Below are positions 11,526 through 19,824 of a stretch of DNA of 64,000 bases, piece by piece; positions within the stretch are counted from its first letter, which is position 1; each line of letters starts with the position of its first letter. The position numbers and the translations under genes are program-made. The notes under the pieces were generated by a model. That model had not been told where the DNA came from. It did not search any database and worked only from the letters and a program-made list of their open reading frames with translations. Source of the stretch: a bacterium. GTDB lineage: Bacteria > Zhuqueibacterota > Zhuqueibacteria > Residuimicrobiales > Krinioviventaceae. The stretch covers positions 1,088,001-1,152,000 of the forward strand of contig CAXXMD010000003.1 of NCBI GenBank assembly GCA_963675755.2, given 5' to 3'.

Positions 11526-12557
11526 ATGCAGTTAAGAAAATGTGGAAACACCGATCTTGAACTCTCTGCCCTGGGAATTGGATGCTGGTCATTCGGCGGT
11601 GGAGATTACTGGGGCCAGCAGGACCAGAACGATGTTTACGCTGTTGTACACAACGCAATTGATAACGGCATCAACTATTTTGATACGGCAGAAGGATACA
11701 ACGATGGACGCAGCGAAGTTTCACTGGGCCACGCTCTAAGGGATGTTGCCAGAGACAAATACATTATTGGTACCAAAGTCTGGCCACAAAACAGCCATCC
11801 CGATATGCTTACCGAACATTTTGAAAATTCATTAACTCGTTTAAACATGGATTATGTGGACATTTACATGATCCATTGGCCCCTGAATGAAAAGACTGTA
11901 GGGCATTTAGACAAACAGCCCAATTATGATGACGTGCTGGCTGTTCTGCTCAAACTACAGGAAGAAGGCAAGATCCGCCATATTGGGCTCAGCAATCATG
12001 GCATTCCTTATATGAAAAAGGTTAATGACATGAATATCAAATACGCGGTAAACCAGTTACCCTACAACCTGTTCTCTCGTGCCATTGAATATGATACCGC
12101 ACAATTCTGTCAGGATAATGGAGTGGGCATTATTACTTATAATACGCTCATGCAGGGTCTGCTCTCGGGAAAATTCAAATCCATTCAGGATGTTCCTCCA
12201 ATCCGTACCCGCACCCGTCACTTTGACAGCCGCAAGAATGAACTGAGTCGTCATGGTGAAAATGGTTTTGACGATGAAATAGAGACCGCATTGCAAAACC
12301 TGTTTAAACTGGCAGATGCCAGCAATTCATCTCTGCTTTCATTATCATTACAATGGGCTATTCACAACCCTGCTGTTACAAGCGCACTCATTGGCGCTCG
12401 TAACGCGGAACAAATGCAAAGCAATGTAGATGCTCTAAAACCACCCATATTTGAGGATGTTATAGAAGAGATTGAATCCATCACCGCACCATTAAAAGAA
12501 AAAATGGGTACCGGATTCGACTATTATGAAAATCTGAATTATGACCGCACCATTTAA
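11526..12557 (+). CDS. Aldo/keto reductase
   Basis: LGIGCW, FDTAEGY, DIYMIHWP, GKIRHIGLSN; likely start ATG 11526. Confidence 0.92.
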   Translation: MQLRKCGNTDLELSALGIGCWSFGGGDYWGQQDQNDVYAVVHNAIDNGINYFDTAEGYNDGRSEVSLGHALRDVARDKYIIGTKVWPQNSHPDMLTEHFENSLTRLNMDYVDIYMIHWPLNEKTVGHLDKQPNYDDVLAVLLKLQEEGKIRHIGLSNHGIPYMKKVNDMNIKYAVNQLPYNLFSRAIEYDTAQFCQDNGVGIITYNTLMQGLLSGKFKSIQDVPPIRTRTRHFDSRKNELSRHGENGFDDEIETALQNLFKLADASNSSLLSLSLQWAIHNPAVTSALIGARNAEQMQSNVDALKPPIFEDVIEEIESITAPLKEKMGTGFDYYENLNYDRTI

Positions 12558-12577
12558 AATCTGAAAAAGGAGCCAAA

Positions 12578-13897
12578 ATGCTGACCCTGGTTTTTCTTGT
12601 TCTCATTATGGTCTTTATTGTTTTGTCTACTACAAAATTAAGTCTTCACCCCTTTTTATCATTGCTGATAGCGGCAATTGCGATGGGTTTCCTTTCCGGA
12701 TTGAGCACCACCGAGATTATGGACACACTCACCGCCGGATTCGGAGGCACGCTGAAAAGCATTGGCATTGTTATCGCATTCGGCACCATCATTGGAACGT
12801 TTTTGGAAAAGAGCGGCAGCGCGCAAAAGCTGGCATCCTCCATCCTTTCCATTACCGGTGATAAACGCTCGCCATTGGCAATGAGCATTACCGGATTTGT
12901 AGTCTCTATTCCGGTGTTTTGCGATTCGGGATTTGTCATTCTCTCTACACTCAACCGAGCCATCAGCAAACGAACGGGTATATCGCTGGCAGTACTGGCG
13001 GTTGCGCTGGGCACAGGTCTCTATACCACACATGTATTTGTTCCGCCAACTCCGGGTCCATTGGCGGCTGCGGCAACCCTTGGTGCGGATGTAGGTCTGG
13101 TATTAATTTTGGGATTAATTGTATCCATCCCCACGGCAGCCGCGGGTTTGCTATGGGCGTTATTATACGCAAAACGATTTACCATCGTTCCGCAGGATTC
13201 CGACGCTCCGGTTATGGATGAAAACAAAATGCCGGGGCTTATTCCTTCACTGGCACCGCTACTGGTACCCATCATTTTGATCGCTTTACGATCAGTTGCC
13301 TCTTATCCGGGTTCACCCATAACTGGTGGACTGCAATCCCTGCTCATCTTTACAGGACACCCGGTTATTGCACTGTTGTTGGGTGTGTTTCTGGCATTCA
13401 TCTTAAAAAGAAATAATCCTGATGGCAAGCTCTTCGATTGGGTGGGTGACGGACTCAAAAGCGCAGGAACCATTATTCTCATTACCGGTGCTGGAGGTGC
13501 GTTTGGAGCCATTCTTCGAGCTACCAATATTGGAGACACACTGGGAACGACTTTGACACAATGGAACATTGGCATTCTGCTGCCATTTGTGATTGCGGCA
13601 GTATTGAAAACCGCACAGGGGTCATCAACTGTTGCCATTATTACCACTGCGGCTCTAATCTCTCCCATGCTGGGCGCGTTGGGACTGACTGCCGCCGCGG
13701 GCAAAGCCCTGGCAGTGCTGGCTATAGGTGCCGGTGCAATGACCGTATCTCATGCAAACGACAGCTATTTCTGGGTAGTCTCCCAATTTTCGGATATGGA
13801 CACCTCTACTGCCCTGCGCGCGCATACGCTGGCTACACTGGCGCAGGGGTGTGTTGGCATTGCTGTTATTTCACTTTTGACTCTGTTTCTGGTTTAA
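12578..13897 (+). CDS. GntP family sugar-acid permease
   Basis: Polytopic membrane protein with VPPTPGP, KTAQGSSTVA and SHANDSYFW motifs. Confidence 0.92.
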   Translation: MLTLVFLVLIMVFIVLSTTKLSLHPFLSLLIAAIAMGFLSGLSTTEIMDTLTAGFGGTLKSIGIVIAFGTIIGTFLEKSGSAQKLASSILSITGDKRSPLAMSITGFVVSIPVFCDSGFVILSTLNRAISKRTGISLAVLAVALGTGLYTTHVFVPPTPGPLAAAATLGADVGLVLILGLIVSIPTAAAGLLWALLYAKRFTIVPQDSDAPVMDENKMPGLIPSLAPLLVPIILIALRSVASYPGSPITGGLQSLLIFTGHPVIALLLGVFLAFILKRNNPDGKLFDWVGDGLKSAGTIILITGAGGAFGAILRATNIGDTLGTTLTQWNIGILLPFVIAAVLKTAQGSSTVAIITTAALISPMLGALGLTAAAGKALAVLAIGAGAMTVSHANDSYFWVVSQFSDMDTSTALRAHTLATLAQGCVGIAVISLLTLFLV

Positions 13898-13939
13898 ACT
13901 TTTGGATATTATATTTAATTATTGAATAAAGGAAGTATT

Positions 13940-15349
13940 ATGTTGAAAAAATTGTCACTTCTTATACTACCACTCTTGATCATACTGGCCTGTTCTCCTC
14001 AAAACGCAAAACAGGGCCAGGTTACCGGATGGGACCGGGTGGACTGGATTCTCGATCAGATCCATGAACCTGTGTTCCCTGACCAGTCCTGGAACATTAC
14101 CGACTTTGGCGCCGTTGCAGACGGCAATACCGATTGCAAAGCGGCATTCGACAAGGCCATTGCCACGTGTAATCTTGAAAGCGGCGGTACCATTATTGTT
14201 CCTGCAGGCACCTACCGCATAAACGGCCCGTTACATTTGAAAAGCAATGTTCATCTGTATCTTGAAGAAGGGTCCAAACTCGAATTCAGCGGAGAGCCCA
14301 AAGATTTCCTTCCCGTTGTACTGACCCGTTGGGAAGGTGTAGAAGTGTACAACTATTCTCCCATCATTTATGCCTATCAGGCCAGCAATATAGCTATTAC
14401 CGGCAAGGGCACAATTGACGGTAATGCCAAGGTTGCTTTTGCAGATTGGAAGCGCAAACAAAAAACAGACCAGCTAACCCTGCGTCAATTGGGCAACGAT
14501 CTGGTCCCCGTGAATGAGCGTATATTTGGTGAGGGTCATTTTCTACGCCCCAGCTTAATACAGCCTTTTGGTTGTAATAATGTTCTAATCGATGGTGTGA
14601 CCATTAAAGATTCTCCATTCTGGATCATTCACCCGGTTTATTGCGAGAATGTGATTGTGCGGAATGTAACGGTAGACAGCTGGAACACCAACAATGACGG
14701 CTGTGATCCTGATGGCAGCCGCAATGTGTTGATTGAAAATTGCATATTTAAAACCGGTGATGACGGTGTTGCCATCAAAGCCGGTCGCGATCAGGATGCC
14801 TGGCGTGTTGGGCGCCCAACTGAAAACGTGGTCATTCGCAATTGCACCATCCTGTCCGAATGTAACGGTTTGTGTATTGGCAGTGAAATGTCTGCCAGTG
14901 TACGCCATGTCTATATGGAAAACTGTACTGTAGATACTGCCTTGTCTACTGTTTATTTCAAAGGCAACCTTGACCGCGGCGGCAGGATCGAGGATGTATA
15001 TGTCCGTAATGTCAAGGTCAATCGGGCCATTGGTGCCTGCATCCGTTTTGAACCCAATTACCAGGGACATCGCGGTAACCATTATCCCCCTCTGTTCCGT
15101 AATTTTGTTATAGAAAATATTACCTGCGGAATTGCGGACAATTATGGAATTTTTGCTCAGGGTCATCCCGAATCGCAATTACAGAACATTCTATTCAAAG
15201 ATATAACCATCAACAAGGCCCGCCAGGCCTATTATTTAAAAATGGCCAAAAACATCCGCATGGATAATGTTGTAATCAATGGTGAAACGCTTCCCGGGAT
15301 TCCTGCAGAGTCACCGGATAATCTGCAAAAACTGGATATGGGCTGGTAA
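13940..15349 (+). CDS. Glycoside hydrolase family 28 lipoprotein
   Basis: ILAC lipobox, DFGAVADG, NNDGCDP, GDDGVAIKAG, IGSEMS. Confidence 0.92.
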   Translation: MLKKLSLLILPLLIILACSPQNAKQGQVTGWDRVDWILDQIHEPVFPDQSWNITDFGAVADGNTDCKAAFDKAIATCNLESGGTIIVPAGTYRINGPLHLKSNVHLYLEEGSKLEFSGEPKDFLPVVLTRWEGVEVYNYSPIIYAYQASNIAITGKGTIDGNAKVAFADWKRKQKTDQLTLRQLGNDLVPVNERIFGEGHFLRPSLIQPFGCNNVLIDGVTIKDSPFWIIHPVYCENVIVRNVTVDSWNTNNDGCDPDGSRNVLIENCIFKTGDDGVAIKAGRDQDAWRVGRPTENVVIRNCTILSECNGLCIGSEMSASVRHVYMENCTVDTALSTVYFKGNLDRGGRIEDVYVRNVKVNRAIGACIRFEPNYQGHRGNHYPPLFRNFVIENITCGIADNYGIFAQGHPESQLQNILFKDITINKARQAYYLKMAKNIRMDNVVINGETLPGIPAESPDNLQKLDMGW

Positions 15350-15363
15350 AGAAAAGAGGCAAC

Positions 15364-15768
15364 ATGGAATGGCAATATCAGGATTACACAATTGATGATG
15401 ACAATCTCAAAACCAACATCGATTCTGTTTATCATCTGCTGCTCAATACCTATTGGGCGCATAACCGTACTTTTGATGGCGTAAAGCAGTCTATTCTCAA
15501 TTCGATGTGTTTCAACATTCATCAACATGGCGAACAGGTGGGGTTTGCCCGTGTGGTTACAGATTACACCTATTTTGCCTGGATCGCTGATGTGATCATT
15601 GCCATTCCGCACCGGGGCAAGGGATTGGGAAAATTCCTTATGCATTGCATAACCGAACACCCACAAATCCCCAATCGCATGCAGGTGCTGCGTACCAAAG
15701 ACGCGCACGGCTTGTATGAAAAATATGGATTTTTAAATTCCGAATTCATGTGCAAAGAAAATAAATAG
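15364..15768 (+). CDS. GNAT family N-acetyltransferase
   Basis: GFARVVTD, HRGKGLGK, TKDAHGLYEKYGF. Confidence 0.9.
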   Translation: MEWQYQDYTIDDDNLKTNIDSVYHLLLNTYWAHNRTFDGVKQSILNSMCFNIHQHGEQVGFARVVTDYTYFAWIADVIIAIPHRGKGLGKFLMHCITEHPQIPNRMQVLRTKDAHGLYEKYGFLNSEFMCKENK

Positions 15769-15849
15769 ATGTAGTGTGCACTGATCGTGAAGCATATACC
15801 TGCATCACGGAATAAATTGATATTCAATTATAAAACATATCATAGTATA

Positions 15850-16500
15850 ACCACAGAGACACAATGGACACAGAGGAAAAAATTTCGTTAAATAGGGGCC
15901 ATCTTTTCTCTGTGCTCTCGGTGCCTCTGTGGTTAATTATCAAAACAATCACAATGTAACTGTTAGTATCAAAAAAGATTCCAAGAACAGATATACATTA
16001 CATTTTCAGATCGGCACAGAAATATCTCCTGATCAGTAAAATAACAATTTCAACATGACTGCTTTTTCTTTATCCGTGTCCATCCGTGTGGATCTGTGGG
16101 CAAATTGTTTTTATTCTTTTCCCACGGATCTGCACAGATTTTCACAGATAAAAAATTAATCATAAATTCAATTTAAAAAACTTACCACAGAGACACAAAG
16201 GACACAGAGGAAAAAATTTCGTTAAATAGGGGCCATCTTTTCTCTGTGCTCTCGGTGCCTGAGTGGTTAATTATCATTCCAATCATAATGTAACTGTTAG
16301 TATCAAAAAAGATTCCAAGAACAAATATACAGTAACATTTTCAGATCGGCACAGAAATATCTCCAGATCAGTAAAATAACAAGTTCCACCCGACTGCTTT
16401 TTCTTTATCCGTGTCCATCCGTGTCGATCTGTGGGCAAATTGTTTTTATTCTTTTCCCACGGATCTGCACAGATTTACACGGATGAAAACCTAATCATAA
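15850..16500. repeat. Imperfect tandem duplication (period ~334 bp); each copy holds two hairpins built from triple-CAC arms
   Basis: Copy 1 is 15850-16165 and copy 2 is 16184-16500, near-identical by eye. Arms at +15850, -15933, -16100, +16121, +16184, -16267, -16435, +16456. The ORF track has no ORF here. Confidence 0.92.
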
Positions 16501-16624
16501 TATAGAAACATTCCTCCCGAAATACAACATCAGTTAATATACTTTCCAAACCATAACTCAACCGATAAAACATTCTATCTTTTACAGCAATCCCTCAATC
16601 CATTTCGACAAACACAAAAACATA

Positions 16625-16672
16625 TTGACATTTTTATACAAATATCCTATATTTACTTTGATAGTTATCAAA
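16625..16672 (+). promoter_or_regulatory. Sigma70-type promoter with a 7-2-7 palindromic operator
   Basis: TTGACA (16625)-N17-TATATT (16648), then TTTGATA-GT-TATCAAA (16657-16672) over the predicted start site, upstream of an ArsR-family gene. Confidence 0.75.
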
Positions 16673-16690
16673 ACAAAAACAGGATGCATC

Positions 16691-17707
16691 ATGGAATTAA
16701 AAGAAACCATAAAAATATTAAAGGCCCTGGCAGACGAGTCCCGCCTGCTCATTGCCAATGCGTTGCTTGAAAAGCCCTGCTATGTGGAAGAGTTGTCGCA
16801 GCGGCTCAATCTTTCCATGTCTACGGTCTCTTTTCATCTCAAAAAACTAGAACAGGCCAATCTTGTCTATAAAGAAAAACAGCAGTATTATGTCATGTAT
16901 TATGCTGCCAAACCCATGTTTTTCATTACGCTCGAGAGTCTGATCGGGTTTAAAAATCCGCAAAAACAAAAAGAAGAAGAGCGCATGGACAGCTACATTC
17001 AAAAGGTCATTGCCACCTTTTTTGAAAACGGACGTTTGGTCAAACTTCCCACCCAGCACAAAAAGCGCATCATTGTGCTGGAAGTGATTGCATCCACATT
17101 TGACAAAAGTCACGACTATCAGGAAGCACAGGTCAACGAGCTCATCACATTCATTTATGACGACTATTGCACCATCCGCAGGCTGCTGGTGGATGAAGGA
17201 TTCATGGTCAGAGCAGGTGACCGCTACCGCCTGGTTAAAACCGAGCTCGAAGACGACGAGATCAGGGATGATGCTTTAACCCTGCAAGATATAACTCAAC
17301 ATGTAAAAACAGAAAATGGACATACAATGAAAGACACAAAAAAAGAACTCAAGAGACAATATCTGGACAATCCCCCGCCAATGGGTGTGTTCCAGATCCG
17401 AAACACCAAAAACAACAAGGTGTTTATAGGCTGCAGCGAAAACCTGCCGGGTATGCTGAACCGCTACCGCTTTCAGCTCAAAGTGGGAAGCCATCGCAAC
17501 AAGGACCTGCAAAGCGACTGGAACGAATTCGGGCAGGATTCCTTTGTATTCGAGATATTGGATGTGCTGGAACCCAAAAACGATCCGGACTGGAATTCAG
17601 AAAAAGACCTGCTGGAGTTAAAAGAACTGTGGCTTGAAAAACTGAATCCCTATGACGAATTTGGATACAATAAACACACCAATCTGCAAAACAAAAAGTA
17701 CCTGTAA
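16691..17707 (+). CDS. ArsR/SmtB HTH + DUF2087 + C-terminal GIY-YIG-like domain fusion
   Basis: KALADESRL...STVSFHLKKL (ArsR); LPTQHKKR...DDYCTIRRLLVDEG (DUF2087); MGVFQIRN...KVFIG...LQSDWNEFG (GIY-YIG-like). ATG 16691. Confidence 0.8.
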   Translation: MELKETIKILKALADESRLLIANALLEKPCYVEELSQRLNLSMSTVSFHLKKLEQANLVYKEKQQYYVMYYAAKPMFFITLESLIGFKNPQKQKEEERMDSYIQKVIATFFENGRLVKLPTQHKKRIIVLEVIASTFDKSHDYQEAQVNELITFIYDDYCTIRRLLVDEGFMVRAGDRYRLVKTELEDDEIRDDALTLQDITQHVKTENGHTMKDTKKELKRQYLDNPPPMGVFQIRNTKNNKVFIGCSENLPGMLNRYRFQLKVGSHRNKDLQSDWNEFGQDSFVFEILDVLEPKNDPDWNSEKDLLELKELWLEKLNPYDEFGYNKHTNLQNKKYL

Positions 17708-18261
17708 TGAAACAAACTGTCATCATAGAAACCAAACGGCTGCTTATGCGGCCGTTTCGGTTAAAAGATATAAACGACATTTTAGAATATCGCGGTGATC
17801 CCAAAGTTGCGCGTTATCAGCTATGGGAACCCTTCTCTGCCGACAATACCCGCTTTTTTATCCGTAAATATCAATATGCGCAATTCGGCACACCGGGACG
17901 CTGGACGGGCCTGGGCCTTCAACTCAAATCCACCTCTAAACTGATTGGCGATGTTGCACTCAAAATCTCTCAGGACATTTACCCCCAGGCGGAAATCGGT
18001 TATAATGTGAATCAGCAATTTCAACGTAAAGGATTTGGCAGCGAAGGCGTTACAGCCGTACTGGATTGGGTATTTACAAACACATTGGTCCACCGAATAA
18101 CAGCCGTTTGTGACAGCGACAATACAGCATCTGCCGCACTGCTCGAAAAACTGGGATTCAGACGCGAAGGCCATTTTCATGAAAACGTCTGGTCCAAAGG
18201 CCGCTGGACAGATGAGTATTTGTACGCGTTGTTAAAGACGGAATGGGAAACCTCAAAATAA
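17707..18261 (+). CDS. RimJ/RimL-type GNAT acetyltransferase
   Basis: ETKRLLMRP, AEIGY, NTASAALLEKLGFRREG; TAATG coupling to the upstream gene. Confidence 0.9.
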   Translation: MKQTVIIETKRLLMRPFRLKDINDILEYRGDPKVARYQLWEPFSADNTRFFIRKYQYAQFGTPGRWTGLGLQLKSTSKLIGDVALKISQDIYPQAEIGYNVNQQFQRKGFGSEGVTAVLDWVFTNTLVHRITAVCDSDNTASAALLEKLGFRREGHFHENVWSKGRWTDEYLYALLKTEWETSK

Positions 18262-18330
18262 TTATCAATCCTGGAATGATATTAAACGTGCTTTCTGTTA
18301 TAATTTGATAAACCAACAACCGGAGGCAGC

Positions 18331-18768
18331 ATGAAGTACACCGTAGATATTCTCATCAAACTACCTCGCAATCGAGTCATTGAACTGTTTGACAATCCCG
18401 ATAATCTGTTCAAATGGCAGCCTGAATTAAAGAAATTCGAACCCATAAGCGGAGAACCGGGACAATCCGGTTCAAAATCCAGATTGGTTTATGATATGAA
18501 CGGTCGCAATTTGGAAATGATTGAAACCATCATAAAATACGATTTGCCGGAAGAGTTTTCTGCCACCTATGACGCAAAAAACGTTCACAATCATGTTGTA
18601 AACCGTTTCACGGAAGAAGGAGAATCACTGACCCGCTGGAGCAATGAAAACGTATTTGAATTTAGTGGGTTCATGAAGCTGGTGGGATTTTTTATGAAAG
18701 GCGCCTTTCCCAAACAGACACTAAAAGACATGAACAGTTTTAAAATCTTTGCGGAAGCAGAATCCTGA
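18331..18768 (+). CDS. SRPBCC/START-like domain protein
   Basis: FDNPDNLFKWQP and C-terminal helix DMNSFKIFAE; GGAGG RBS. Confidence 0.8.
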   Translation: MKYTVDILIKLPRNRVIELFDNPDNLFKWQPELKKFEPISGEPGQSGSKSRLVYDMNGRNLEMIETIIKYDLPEEFSATYDAKNVHNHVVNRFTEEGESLTRWSNENVFEFSGFMKLVGFFMKGAFPKQTLKDMNSFKIFAEAES

Positions 18769-18934
18769 AAAATATCAGTTTCGGGTAATTACAGAAAACG
18801 TCTCATCCATAAAAGGCTCGATGGATTTCCAAACCAGGTACCTGTCTTAAAATACATCTCACAGATCTGCGTCTGTTAGCTGATGGTCCATTTCTTCAAA
18901 TATGCCGAGTGACATTGTCTTTCTACAACTAGAA

Positions 18935-19690
18935 TTACAATTTCAACTCTTTATGGACAATATTCTTGAACCGTCCCAAACTTACCGGATGGTCAGCAAC
19001 GACCTTGTTCAGATACAGTATGGCAAATACACCAAATACTCCGGGGTTCCGCTGTGCCTGCTCAGCAGAGGTGATTTTGACGGTATTCACATCCAGTCCC
19101 TTTTCATCACAATAGGTCTGAATATCATTAACAAATTTGGCATTCATGGGACATTGGTCCGAGATCAAAATCGTTAAGCCCTTATACGCATCCAGCTCTG
19201 CTTCCAAAGTAAAAATAGGATCATCTGCCTGATCAAATTTTAGCGCCAACAGCTCAAAACGATCACGGCGATCCACAACCTCAAATCCCTGTGCAGTAAA
19301 CAATGCCCGGCTGGCAATCCATGTGCCTTCACTGGTGACTACGGCAACACCTTTCATACCGCGCGATCTGGCATCTTCAATGCAAGCCTGCACCAGCATG
19401 GCGCCATATCCCTGGTTTTGATAGACCTTGGGGTATACCCAGATACAATGTACAACCATATATCCCTGTGCTTTTACAGCCCGCCAGGCGTGCTCGCCCG
19501 GTACATACTCTATAAAGCCAACGGATTTTCCATCTATAATGATCTGCTTTTGCGTCAATCCACTGGCCGACATTTCTTTGAACCACTCGGTTTTGGGTGC
19601 AAAGCCCACATGCTTGACACTTTTTAAACATCCCAGTCCATATTCCTGCACCGTATCCAGCGTCAACGATTCAATTTTGTATTCTGGCAT
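18935..19690 (-). CDS. YoaP-like GNAT acetyltransferase
   Basis: GFIEYVPGEHAWRAV, CIWV, QNQGYG, SDQCP. Confidence 0.85.
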   Translation of the reverse strand: MPEYKIESLTLDTVQEYGLGCLKSVKHVGFAPKTEWFKEMSASGLTQKQIIIDGKSVGFIEYVPGEHAWRAVKAQGYMVVHCIWVYPKVYQNQGYGAMLVQACIEDARSRGMKGVAVVTSEGTWIASRALFTAQGFEVVDRRDRFELLALKFDQADDPIFTLEAELDAYKGLTILISDQCPMNAKFVNDIQTYCDEKGLDVNTVKITSAEQAQRNPGVFGVFAILYLNKVVADHPVSLGRFKNIVHKELKL

Positions 19691-19768
19691 AATAATTACT
19701 CTCCTTTTAATACTAAAAAATAGGATATTTATAAATGCCAGTCAACGAGTTTGTGGATATATATAAAT

Positions 19769-19801
19769 AAAGGCCTCTTGAAATTCATCAAAAGGCCTTT
19801 T
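19769..19801 (-). terminator. Probable terminator of the 19825-23253 gene
   Basis: AAAGGCCT...AGGCCTTT inverted repeat just past the stop codon. Confidence 0.6.
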
Positions 19802-19824
19802 AGGATTCATCCTTGTTAATTTTC

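Noticed and set aside
15845-15938. Canonical integron attC site (GTATAAC...GTTAATT ends)
   Set aside because: Both ends deviate from RYYYAAC/GTTRRRY, copy 2 lacks the AAC, the stem has periodic mismatches rather than attC-type extrahelical bases, and there is no intI. An IntegronFinder run would settle it.
15850-16500. CRISPR array
   Set aside because: The arms alternate in orientation, the intervening sequences are duplicated rather than unique, and there are no cas genes in the window.
18859-18870. Single CACAGATCTGC resembling an arm unit
   Set aside because: Only one unit, with no periodic repetition or inverted partner.
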